Program-made: the position numbers and the translations under genes
Origin: Octopus bimaculoides
Taxonomy: Eukaryota
Direction: 5' to 3'
Assembly (NCBI RefSeq): GCF_001194135.2
Contig: NC_068990.1
Coordinates: forward strand, 47,221,870-47,275,089
DNA length: 53,220 nt
Part shown: positions 36,405 through 47,457 of the stretch, one piece after another
Numbering within the stretch: position 1 is the stretch's first letter
Layout of the letters: the number at the start of each line of letters is the position of its first letter
The notes under the pieces: model-generated
Seen by the model: only the letters and a program-made list of their open reading frames with translations
Database searches by the model: none
What the model was told of the DNA's origin: nothing

Positions 36405-36615
36405 TTCTTTTACTTGTTTTAGTCATTTGACTGCAGCCATGCTGGAGCAGTACCTTGAAGGGTTTTAGTTGAACAAATCAACCCTAGGGCTTATTTTTTC
36501 AGCCTACTATTTATTCTATTGGTCTCTTTTTACCAAACTGCTAAGTTACAGGGATGTAAATACACCAACACAGTTGTCAAATGGTGATGGGAGGACAGAC
36601 ACAATGACACACACT
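36405..36615 (-). mobile_element. SINE family A 3' half
   Basis: TTTTACTTGTTTTAGTCATTTGACTGCAGCCATGCTGGAGCA is the reverse complement of the family A tail. Confidence 0.75.
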
Positions 36616-36671
36616 TCGATATATATATACATATATATATATATATAGATATAGATAGATAGATATTTTGT

Positions 36672-36846
36672 TTTTGATAGCCCGATAACTGAAGAGATGC
36701 CAGCGTGGGTTTCTGCCCCGACATCCGAAACTCGGAGTTTTATCATGGCTACCGAATAATTGTCACATATTATATTTACAGATAAATTCCTCTATTTACA
36801 TAATATCGAGGTCTCTTTCATTCTTTTGTTGTCTTGCCATTTCTAT

Positions 36847-36851
<5 letters not shown>
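36672..36851 (+). mobile_element. About 180 bp non-coding element with 9-bp terminal inverted repeats and a hammerhead (retrozyme- or Penelope-related candidate)
   Basis: TTTTGATAG (36672-36680) and CTATCAAAA (36843-36851); flanked by TA-rich microsatellites; CpG-rich relative to its surroundings. Confidence 0.6.
36678..36751 (+). ncRNA. Type I hammerhead ribozyme motif
   Basis: TAGCC-C-GATAA [CUGAAGA] GATG...CATC-C [GAAA]C-TCGGA-GU-U TTATC-AT-GGCTA. Helix I is 5+5 bp with an internal loop, helix II is closed by GATG/CATC with an inner GGG/CCC stem, helix III is ACT/AGT. Cleavage triplet GUU. One extra C before G12. Folded by eye. Confidence 0.78.
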
Positions 36852-36878
<27 letters not shown>

Positions 36879-38277
36879 TGAGTAAAAAGTAAGCAACATT
36901 TTGAACCATGAAGAATTTGTACTGGATTTTTGTAAAGTTTTGAATTTTTTTACACATATTTTTTGCAATTGTCTGATAATACAGACATAGACTTGCCCAA
37001 ATGCATCAATTAATTAACATTGATATTATTTCACCGTTGTTACAATCATCTGAAATGGAACTGTCGAAGTGCAATCATCATCATCATCGTCATCATCGTT
37101 TAACGTCCGCTTTCCATGCTAGCATGGGTTGGACAATTTGCCTGAGGACTGGTGAAACCAGATGGCTACACCAGGCTCCAATCTGATTTGGAAGAGTTTC
37201 TACAGCTGGATGCCCTTCCTAACGCCAACCACTATTCAGCTTCAATAAAGGATGTAAAGCAGCTGAAACTGCTCGTGATATCACTGAAACTTTTGGTGAG
37301 GAAATGACCAGTGGGTGGTCAGCTCTAAAAAGGGTTTCAATGGTTTTGCAGTGGTGATGTGAGTCTTGAAGATCATGGGTATAGTGGATGCTCATCTGTC
37401 ATCGATGACAGTCAATTAAAGACTATCATTGAAAAAGATCCATGTAAAACCACTCGAGAACAGACAAAAGAACTTCAAAGTTAGCCAGAAAACTGCCTGC
37501 ATGCGATCAGAAAATCAAAAGAGCTCAACAAATGGTTACCACACAATTTGAATGAAAATCAGAAAATCACAGATATGAAATTTGCTCATTGCTTCTTTTC
37601 TGTAACCAGATTGATCCATTTCTCGATCATATTGTAACTTTTGATGGAAAGTGGATTCTGTACAATAATAAATGTTCCTCACGGTGATTGGACCAAAATG
37701 AAGCACTGAAAACCTTCCCTAAACCTGAGCTCTTCAAAAAGAAAGTTATGGTGACAGTTGGTGGTGTATTGCTGGACTCATCCCCTATAAATTCTTAAAA
37801 CCCAGAAAAACCATTACTGCAGAAACATGTTGTCATGAAATTGCAAAAATGAACAAAAAACTGCTACTCCTCCATTCCAGACTGGTCAACAAAAGAGGGC
37901 CAATCATTCTTCATGACAATGCTTGACCACACGTTTCACTAATAATGCTCCAGAATTGAGGGAACTTGGCTATGAAGTTCTTCCTTGCCCAGCTTATTCC
38001 CCAGACCTTTCTCCTACTGACTACCACTTTTTCAAGCACTTTGATGGTTTCCTGCGAGAGAAGGAGTTAAAAAATCAACCAATGCTGAAAGTGCATTCAA
38101 AGGGTTCAGCTCCAGAACTCCAGATTTTTATGTTACAGGAATAAACAAACTTGTAACTCGTTGGCAAAAATGTGTTGATTGTAATGGTACTTACTTTGAT
38201 GAATAAAATTTCTACGTTGTTGAAATATATTGTGATTTTCATGTTTCTAAACGTTGCTTACTTTTTACTCAGCCTGA
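36879..38277 (+). mobile_element. Mariner (DD34D) element, decayed, with an RTE tail inserted near the transposase 5' end
   Basis: 19-bp TIR match TGAGTAAAAAGTAAGCAAC (36879-36897) / GTTGCTTACTTTTTACTCA (38253-38271). WLPHNL, DGKWILYNN, HDNA*PH, YSPDLSPTDYHFF, RWQKCV..NGTYFDE*; spacing 34 after one frameshift correction. Confidence 0.88.
37075..37232 (-). mobile_element. RTE LINE 3' tail
   Basis: (CAT)n-CGTTTAACGTCCGCTTTCCATGCTAGCATGGGTTGGAC; nearly identical to 52890-53045. Confidence 0.8.
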
Positions 38278-38289
38278 TATGTGTATCTA

Positions 38290-38655
38290 CTTTTTTATTT
38301 GCTTCAGGCATTTGATTGCAGCCATGCTGGAGCACTGTCTTTAGTTGAACAAATTGACTCCAGGTCTTATTCTTAGTAAGCCTAGTACTTATTCTATCGG
38401 TCTCTTTTGCCAAACCACTAAGTTACAGGGACATAAACACACCGACATCAGTTGTCAAGTGATGAGTGAAGACAAACACAGACATACACATATGACAGGC
38501 TTCTTTCAGTTTCTCTCTACCAAATCCACTTACAAGGCTTTGATCAGCTCAAGGATATAGTAGAAGACACTTGCCCAAGGTGCCATGCAGTGGGACTAAA
38601 CCCAAAACTATGTGGTAGGGGAACAAGCTTCTTATCACACAGTCACACCTGTGCC
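38290..38655 (-). mobile_element. SINE family A, near complete
   Basis: Reverse complement of both the head and tail of family A. Confidence 0.75.
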
Positions 38656-39377
38656 TATAATGGTGGATTTCCATTCAGTTTCTGTCTACTATTTTCACTC
38701 ACATGGCATTGATCAGTCTGAGGTTATAGCAGGAATGAACCCGAAGCCATGTGGTTGCAAAGTGAACTTCTTAACCACACTAGCATTCTTGCTAATTTAT
38801 GCGTGTGTTTCTTACATTATTATCAATACACGATCTGTTGGTGGTTTTCTTGTTTCTTATCTGTTAATTTGCATCTGAGACTTTCAGTAATCATTGACTA
38901 GCTCACAAGCTGAAAGCAAAAACCATCTTGTTCTTTAAAAGTATTTTACAGCAGTCATTGAATGCTTGAATTTGATTGATCAAAAATACAAGGCACAATG
39001 CTAGCATGAAAATTTAAATTAATATTTGGGCTTTGACCTGGGTCACCTAGCATTAATGTAATCTATTAAATAATGCAGCCATCAAGTTCACCTGCTGTTT
39101 ATTAAAAATTACATTCGTACTTCAAAGCTGGTTATTCAGTGGTGAGTTTGATCTGGTTATCTAACTAAATTATATTTGCTAACAGAATCGTATTCGTTTT
39201 GAAATTCCAGTGAAATCTCCTTTCATTTTCTTCTATTCAGTTTTCAATCTAAAATGTTAATAACAATCTTGTCAGCAAACAAATATTGTATCCCCCACAA
39301 CATGAATTTTATAAAATTCATGCTGTCTTGCAAATTATGGGTTCAGGTATCATTTAAATGTTTGTATTTTATATATA

Positions 39378-39744
39378 GGTGCAGGTATGGCTGTGTAATT
39401 AAGAAGCTTCCTTCGCAACAAGATGGTTTCAGGTTCAGTCCCACTACACAGCATCTTAGCCAGATGTCTTCTATATATCCCCAAGCCAACCAATGCTTTG
39501 TGAGGGAATTTGATAGACAGAAACTGTGTAGAACACTTCGTGTGTGTGTGTGTGTGTGTGTCCCACCTGACAATTGGTATTGGTATGTTTAAGTCTCCAT
39601 AACTTAACAGTTCTGCAAAAGAGACTGATAGAATGAGTACCAGACTTTAAAAATAAGTATTGGGATTGACTTGTTCATTTAAAAAGCCATTCAGAGTAGT
39701 GCTCCAACATGGCCAAAGTCCAATGACTGAAACAAGAGAAAGAT
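39378..39744 (+). mobile_element. SINE family A, complete uninterrupted copy
   Basis: GGTGCAGGTATGGCTGTGT (box A-like), GGTTCAGTCCC (box B-like), central (TG)n, tail CAATGACTGAAACAAG. Confidence 0.8.
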
Positions 39745-40110
39745 ATATTGTATTTATATTTAGATATTTTCTGTTTCTTCAAAACTGAATAAAGTGCTGA
39801 AAGTTTTAAGAAGGGCTGATAATTTTAGTAGCAAGTTACATACAAAGTTTTCATGAGTTGTTATTATTATAAGCAACATATGGAGCTGGTGTTTTGGCAG
39901 AATCTGTTGAGCATCAGGCAAAATCCCTTGCAGTATTTATTCCAGGTTTTCACATTCTGAGTTCAAGTCAAACAGGGGTTAATTTTTTGCCTTTTGCCCT
40001 TTCAGGGTTGATAAAATAATGTAGCAGTCATATACTAGGGTTGATATATTTGACTAACTCCTTCCCCAACTTCTCAACCTTGTACCTGTGTTAGAAATTA
40101 TTATTACTAT

Positions 40111-40475
40111 TATTACCTCTGCCTTAGTGAAGGCAGAAGTATTGTTTTCAGTTGTATTTGTTTGTCCATGGACAAGATATCTCAAGAACTACTGGATGGA
40201 TCTGGATGAAACTTTCAGAGATGTTTGTCCTCATGACTGGCACAAACTGATTAGATTTTGGGATCAATCCAGTACTGGGCAAGGATTCTGGATTATTTTT
40301 CCTGTATTTTTACTTAATTTTTGAGTTTGGTTAGGTTCATTTTTAATATTCTCACTTGTGAGAGCAGTTGAGTTTATTTCAGATATTCTCATTTTAAAAA
40401 TCATCTCTGGCTAATCATTGAGAGGACCTTGATGTTGCTTTGGCTGTGGGTTGTGCTTTCTGAGTGCTCTTGTTT
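40111..40475 (+). mobile_element. Helentron/HINE-like short element, apparently complete
   Basis: 5' TATTACCTCTGCCTTAGTGAAGGCAGAAGT hairpin, TTTGTTTG microsatellite, 3' end ...TGTGCTTTCTGAGTGCTCTTG. No ORF. Homologous to 7329-7556. Confidence 0.6.
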
Positions 40476-40519
40476 TTATTATTATCATGCTTTTAACTCT
40501 GGTTTTGTAGGAAATCCTG

Positions 40520-40752
40520 CAGTCTTGCATGAGTAGCAGGTTTCCTACCTGCCACCTACAGCACCATGCTATCTGTTCTTTTAGTGACATTTCGCTTGTC
40601 TTTACATTCTGGGTTAAAATTCTACCAGGGTTGACATTACCTTTCATCCTTTCGGGGTTGATAAATTAAGTACCAACCAAGTACTGGGGTCAGTGTGATC
40701 AACTATCCCCCCACACACACAAATTCCATACCTTGAGCCTGTAGTAAAAAGG

Positions 40753-40796
<44 letters not shown>

Positions 40797-42265
40797 GGTA
40801 GCAGGCTAGCAGAATCATTAGAACACTGGGCAAAATACTTAGTGATATTTCACCTGTCTTTACGTTCTGAGTTCAAATTCCGCTGAGGTCATCTTTGCTT
40901 TTCATCCTTTTGTACCCGTCAAGTACTGGAATCAATGTGATCGACTTATCCCCTGCCCATAAATTTCAGGCTTTGTGCCTATAGTAGAAAGGAGGATTAT
41001 TATCATTAAGGCTGCGAGTTGGCGGAATCGTTAGCATGCTGGACAAAATGCTTAGTGGTATTTCGCATGTCTTTACATTCTGAGTTCAATTCCGCTGTGT
41101 TTGACATTGCCTTTCATCCATTTGGGATTGATAAATTAAGTACCAGTGAAACACTGAGGCTAATGTAATTGACTAGTCTCCTCCCCTAAAATTTCAGGCC
41201 TTGTGCCTTTAGTAGAAAGGATTATTATTATAATATTAGGTAGTGAGGTGGAAGAATTATTAGCATGCCAGACAAAATGCTTAGTAGCATTTCCTCCAAC
41301 TTTACATTTTGAGTTCAAATTCCACCTAAGTTAACTTTGCCTTTCATCTTTTCAGAGTTGATAAAATAAGTACCCATTGAGCACAGGAGTCGATGTAATT
41401 AACTGGCACCCTTCCACAAAATTTCAGGCTTTGTGCTTAAAGTAGAAAGGTGGCAAGCTAGCAGAATCATCAGCATGCTGGGAAAATGTTTAGTAGAATT
41501 TCTTCTGGCTTTATGTTATGAGTTCAAATGGCATTTAGGTCAACTTTACCTTTCATCCTTTCGGGATTGATAAAATAAATACCAATTGAGCACCTGAGTC
41601 AACATAATTGACTGCCTCCTCTCCTACAATTTCAGCCCTTGTGCCTATAGAAAGAATTATCATTATTCTTATTTCTGTGTCTCTTCATTTTAGATTTTGA
41701 ACTTGAAAACGACAGATGGGCTGTCAAAATATCATTCAAACCAATAAACAATCTATTACAATTACATCATGCTCTTATTGTCTATTATCATTATTGTTGT
41801 TGTTGTTAATGCAGCAAACTGGCAGAATTGTTAGCATGCTGGGCAAAATGCTTAGCGGTTTTTTGTCTGCCGCTACATTCTAAGTTCAAATTCCACCAAG
41901 TTCGACTTTGCTTTTCATCCTTTCAGGGTCAATAAATTAAGTACCAGTTGCATACTGAGGTTGATCTAATTGACTGCCCCCCCCCCCACAAAAATTTTTT
42001 TAGGCCTTATGCCTATAACAGAAAGGATTATTATTGTTATTAAGGCAGTGAGCTGGAAGAATTGTTAGCACACCAGGCGAAATGCTTAGTGCCCTTTCAC
42101 CTGTCTTTACATTCTAAGTTCAAATTCTGTCAAGGTCGACTTTGCCTTTCCTCCTTTCGGGGTCAATGAAATAAATACCAGTTAAGTATTGGTGTCAATG
42201 TATTGACTTACCCTCTCCCACAAAATTTCAGGTCTTGTACTTATAGTAGAAAAGATTATTATTAT
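40520..42265 (+). mobile_element. Head-to-tail array of about 7 SINE family B copies
   Basis: Heads at about 40530 (degenerate), 40797, 41008, 41238, 41448, 41810 and 42042. Each has GAGTTCAAATTC, GCCTTTCATCCTTT, AAGTACCA and AAATTTCAGGCCTT motifs. Confidence 0.88.
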
Positions 42266-42808
42266 TATTCAGTAATTTTATTTTTATAGCGTGCTTTCAC
42301 TTCACCACCGAGCGCAGCTCTGTGTGCCTTGGGTATGTGCTGTGGTTTGCTGTGATGCTCTTATGGTTACTGTATTGAAAGTGTTTTGCATAGGATGTGT
42401 GCAGTGCCCAGTAGTGCAATTTTCTGTATGTTGTATATATTTGTAAGTCCTGGTGTTTTTGTTATGTATTTGTCTGAATATTTTTTTATCATACCTAAGG
42501 CACCTACTATGATAGGAATTGTTTCTGTTTTTAGATTCCACATTCGAGTTACCTCTATTTCCAGGTCTTTGTATTTTGAATATTTAGGGAACGTTGTCAT
42601 CTGTTGGTATTGATACATCAATTAGAAAGCTTTTTTTCTTCATGATCTCTGACAACTATATCTGGCCTATTGGCCTTAATTTCTCTATCTGTGTGTATTG
42701 TCATATCCCAGAGTATGGTTGCTTTCTCACTTTCTATGACCTTTTCTGGCGTGTACCTATACCATCTTTTTTCCTTTGTTATTCCATAGTGTTGGCATAG
42801 CTTCCAGT
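42255..42808 (-). mobile_element. 5'-truncated LINE with restriction-like endonuclease (R4/Dong-like)
   Basis: HWKLCQHYG...ILWDMTIHTDREIKANRPDIVV (PD-(D/E)xK endonuclease), KYSKYKDLEIEVTRMWNLK..IPIIVGALG, stop at 42367-42369, short 3' UTR ending in (AAT)n. Confidence 0.8.
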
Positions 42809-43559
42809 GTATGTATGTATGTATGTATGTATTATTATTATTACTACTACTACTACATATCACACAATGGATGACAGAAAAATCAGTAAAGTATCAGACA
42901 AAGCATTTGTCAAATCTGTCAATTGTTCAGAGATCAATTTAAATGAATATTTATCTGCTTCAATAAATATGAAACCTTGTACCTCTATTAAACATATTTG
43001 TTATAGAAAACACAGAAGAACAATACTCTCTTTAATTTCTTCTTAGAGCAAGTCATCTCTGAAATTTCCTGAATTATTACTATAGGTGAAGATATAGCTG
43101 TGTGGTCAGAAATCTCTCTTTGCAACTATGTAGTTTTGAGTCATTTATTAGGTTGTCTGGAAAGTTCTGAGCGTTTTTTAATATGCTAAAAGGGAAATAA
43201 ATAATGGACCAACAAATAAATTTTATTCAATGAAATAATTTCCATTATTATTAATGACCTTTGTCCATCTATCAGGCAATTTAAATATTCCATCAGCATA
43301 AAATTTGACTGATTTTGAAGAATAAAAGTTATTGAGATGCATTTTGATTCCATCTAAATCGTTAAATGTTTTCCCTTGTTCTGTAGCAACAAACACAAAT
43401 AGTAGTCAGATGGTGCAATATCAGGAGAATATAATGGATGGGATAAGAGATCCCAACCAAGTTCATGTAACTTTGTTCGGATAACCAAAGACACATGTGG
43501 TCAGGCATTATCTTGTTGGAAGAGTGCCCAGTTTCTCCAGCCTCAATTCTTTGATTTTT

Positions 43560-46500
43560 AGGAAGTATATTTAATAGTGTGCATGTAAGAAGGCTTCCAG
43601 TGTTTACAGGAATGTAAAAACAAATATCAGAAGGCAATATTCTTTCATTAATAAACATAACAATTTATTCCCTGATCGCACATGTGGTAGTAGAAAGCAC
43701 ATCACAAGGTAATTAAGCATTCAAGTCAAATAGGGTGTAGTGTGAGATATGAGTTAATTTCTTAAAAACATCTGAGGTATTTAGATTCAGTAGCTGAGAG
43801 CTACAAGATGTAACTGGTGCAAAATATCCAATGAGTTGCATAGCTTAGTTGTGAAGTAAGGTAGCAATCCCATGGCAGTAAAAATAACGTTTACTAATCA
43901 GCGTTAATTCAGGAAGATGTGTCCAGTGAGTCCAGAGGAGGTTAATCTGAGGACAAAACACTCAGGTCAATCTCTGGAGTGGATGCCAATGAATTGATCG
44001 GCAGACGGGACAAAGTATCTACAGCAGTGTTTTGAGCACTGGAGATGTGTTGAATGTCAGTGGTGAACTGCAATATTAGTCCAGTTGCCAAGTCTCTCTT
44101 GGAGAGTATTTTTCTGGCTTGGAAAGCAGGGCAAAAGTAAGAGGCTTATGGTCACTATAAATGGTGAAGTTTTCCCCTCCGAGGATATGATGAAAATGCT
44201 TCACAGACAGGAATATTGCTAACAATTCACAACCAAATGTGCTGCACTGCATCTCAGCAGGTTTCAGCTGCCAGAGAAGAATATAAGAGGTTGCTGATGT
44301 CCTCAATGGAATTGTAAAACAGCGCCAACTGCTGTGTCAGCCACAAGCAAAAGCTTTGCATCAGAGACAAGGTGCACAAGGAGAGACGCTTTAACAAGTG
44401 GGTCTTTCGCAGAATTAAAAGCTTCCAACTGGGCTGGAGTCAACACTCTAGCTTCATTCTTCTTATGACAATTCTTTAAGAGTTCTGTAAAAGGAGAAAG
44501 GAGTCCAGCACAGTGAGGAATGAAACATCTATGAAAATTTAGCAATCCAAGGAAATGGCATAGCTGTCGAAGAGAAGGAGGTGGAGGAAGGTTTTCAATA
44601 GCTCGCACTTTTTCAGGAAGAAGTCACATAACCTTGTTGTCGATAATATGTCCAAGAAACACAAAAGAAGATGAGCCAAAAACGCATTTAGCAGGGTTAA
44701 TCTGTACTTGAAAGTTTTGAAGGCATTGGGAGAGCAGCTTTAAATGTTGAATATGTTCTTCAGCAGAACTGGCAATTAAGAGATCATTGATGTAAGCATA
44801 GACAAAGTCCAGTCCATGTATGAATTTGTCTATGAACTGCTGAAATGTGCTGGCAGCATTGTGAAGACCAAATGGCATAGTCAAGAATTTGAAAGAGCTG
44901 AATGGAGTTGTTGTTGCAGTTTTCAGAATGTCCTCGAGGTTAACAGGAATCTGGTGATAAGCTTGAACAAGATCGAGCTTAGAAAACACAGTAGTCCATG
45001 CAGAGAGGAAGCAAAATCCTGGAGATGAAAGATAGGATATCTATTGAGAACCATCAAAGAATTAAAACATCTAAAATCTCCTATAGGACTCCAATTGCCA
45101 GAGCCCTTAAGGACCATGTGCTGGGGTGAAGCCAATGGTCTTGTGGAAGGATGAATAATTCCAAGTTGAAGCTTGTGGTCAAACTCAGCCTTTGCTGCCT
45201 TTAGTTTGTCTGGAGGCAGACAACGAGGACGTAAAAAAACACAGGAGCACCAGTTGTAGAAATGAAACGTTTTGTAGAGTGAGTAGGATTGCTCACTTGA
45301 AAATTCAGGTTGGTGAGCTCTGGGAAAGAGTCCAAAAGTGACTGATATAAGTCTCCAGATGCCACTATAAAAAATGTTGTGCTAACTGATGGAGTATTCA
45401 AATTCCTGCAAAGAATAGAAAGCTTTGTAGAGCTATCCAAAAGATGCTGCTTTCGAACAACCACTAAAAGCAAGTAATAATGGAGAAAATCCACACCTAA
45501 AATTGAGCAAGGCAGGTCATCTACGATGAAAGCCCATTTAAAATCATGACATAAATCCAAATCCAAAGAAAGCAAGATTTGACCCATTCAAGAGTAAGGT
45601 TTATCCTTAATGAATTTTACTGGCCAAGTGCTGCAGGCAGCACCAGAATCCACAAGGAAAAGTTTGTGTGATGAGAGATCCCCTACAAAAAATGCACGAT
45701 TATGGGGATGTGCACTAGGAGCAGCTGTCATGCTTGGTGTCCCACGGTGGAGTTTTCCTGACTCACATAAGCACAAGGTTTTATGCATTTATGGGCAGCT
45801 TCAGCAAAGTGTTTGTGATACCAGCATAACTTTGACGCAAAGGCAGGAGATAAAGAATGTCGCCTAGAAGAGGATGAATGACTAATTGATCTTCGTCGAC
45901 GTTGGTAAGAATTTTGAGTAGCACATAATTTCTTCACTTCTTTGGTTAAATCCAGAATGGCCTGTAAAGTCGTCAAATTGGAATCTGAAGTAGTTGCTAC
46001 TGTTGCAGGAGAAGAAGAAACAGCAGCAACTTTGTCATCAGTAACTTTGTCACCAGTGTATTCCCCTATCTTGTCAGCTGAAGAAGCTAACTAATCAAAT
46101 GTAGCTCTCTCCATCATAGGGACAAGAATGGCCTCTACATTGGCAGGCAAATGGGTGAAGAAAAGCTGTTTAAGCATAGAACTGTCTTCTGAAGAGCTTT
46201 CAGTAAGCTCTCCCATTCTACAAAGTAGTTGGGTCAGCATCCTATTGCCCAAATATTCATCATGCTCCAAAGTTCAGAAATGCTTCTCAGCTAAAAGAAA
46301 TGCTCTGCAAATTCTTAATTGATAAATACAAGGCATCATTTGGTGTGTCAGTTATAAGATCCTTTAGAGGAGCTGACAAAGATGAAGGAATGGCACTCAG
46401 TAAAATGTGTAACTGTTGCTGCTCCACTGTAATATCATTCACTGTAAAATATGATTCCATTTGTGCAAACTAAACACTTACATCACCATTAAACACTGGT

Positions 46501-47457
46501 AACGAAAAGTGATTCATAATTGCAAAGAAATACAGTCTGTATGAAATAATGAAAATAGGTGAGCACAGTCTGCAAGGAAAAGAATTCACCAGTATGGCAA
46601 TAAAAAGAATATGAATCCTCAGTGATATGTTTTATTTTCCTTTCAAATTTTTCTAAAACAAATCAAAAACAAAGCAGGATCAAAAATTTTTTTACCAATG
46701 GTGGCAAGCGGGAAAATTCAGAACAAAGTGAAGAGAGACATGTGCTTATTGTACCAGTACACATGTGTGAAACACCAAATGGTTGCGCATTGAAGAAGGT
46801 CAACAAAATGGGAATCCATATTGGAAAACAGGTATGTTCACAAATCGAACACTATAAGAGTTTATGTGCTGCATTCTACTTGTGTCAAGGCATAATTATG
46901 TTAAAATCTTCCTTTCTTGTTTTTTTTTTGGGTTTTTTTAGGGAATATTTCCAAAAGAAATATTCCAATGTCAGGTCACCACTTTAGGAAGTATATTTAA
47001 CAATATACGTATAAGAAGGCTTCCAGTATATACAAATGTATGTTTTACAGAAATGTAAAGACAAATATCAGAAGGCAATATTTGTTCATTAATAAACATA
47101 ATTTATTTCTTGATCACACATGTCGCAGTAGAAAGCACATCACAAGGTAATTAAATGTTCAAGCCAAACAGGGTGTAGAGTAAGACATAAGTTAATTTCT
47201 CCATAACACCCAAGGGATTTAGATTTGGTACTTGAGAGCTGCAAGATGTAACTGGTGCAAAATATCTGATGAGTTGCATAGATATGTTTACATCTCAACG
47301 TTCTATTGGTAACTGACTTGCCTTCTAAAACTGGTGCACTTCACTGCTGGGCAGAAGTTGCCACATGTATCCTTCTGCAGCCAGCAGTAATTGAATGAAA
47401 TAGGCCTAGCATGACTGTGCCACCACAGCAAAATAGTGCTAATATGTCTCACTAGAG
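43560..47457 (-). mobile_element. Ty3/Gypsy LTR retrotransposon, decayed, integrase absent
   Basis: About 285-bp direct repeats at about 43558-43843 and 46984-47282. Primer-binding site TGGTGACCTGAC on the minus strand (46970-46981) beside the right repeat. gag-pro-RT-RNase H order on the minus strand. Confidence 0.9.
43990..46450 (-). pseudogene. Gypsy gag-pol pseudogene
   Basis: gag LCWYHKHF...KCIKPC; protease FLVDSGAACS; [38 protein letters not shown]; RNase H AVGAVLQ, ELLAIFLSVKHF, SDHKPL. Many frameshifts. Confidence 0.92.

Noticed and set aside
37143-37160. CTGAGGA-CTGGT-GAAAC in the RTE tail as a hammerhead
   Set aside because: Only 5 nt lie between the core motifs, so helix II cannot form, and the 52946 copy lacks GAAA.
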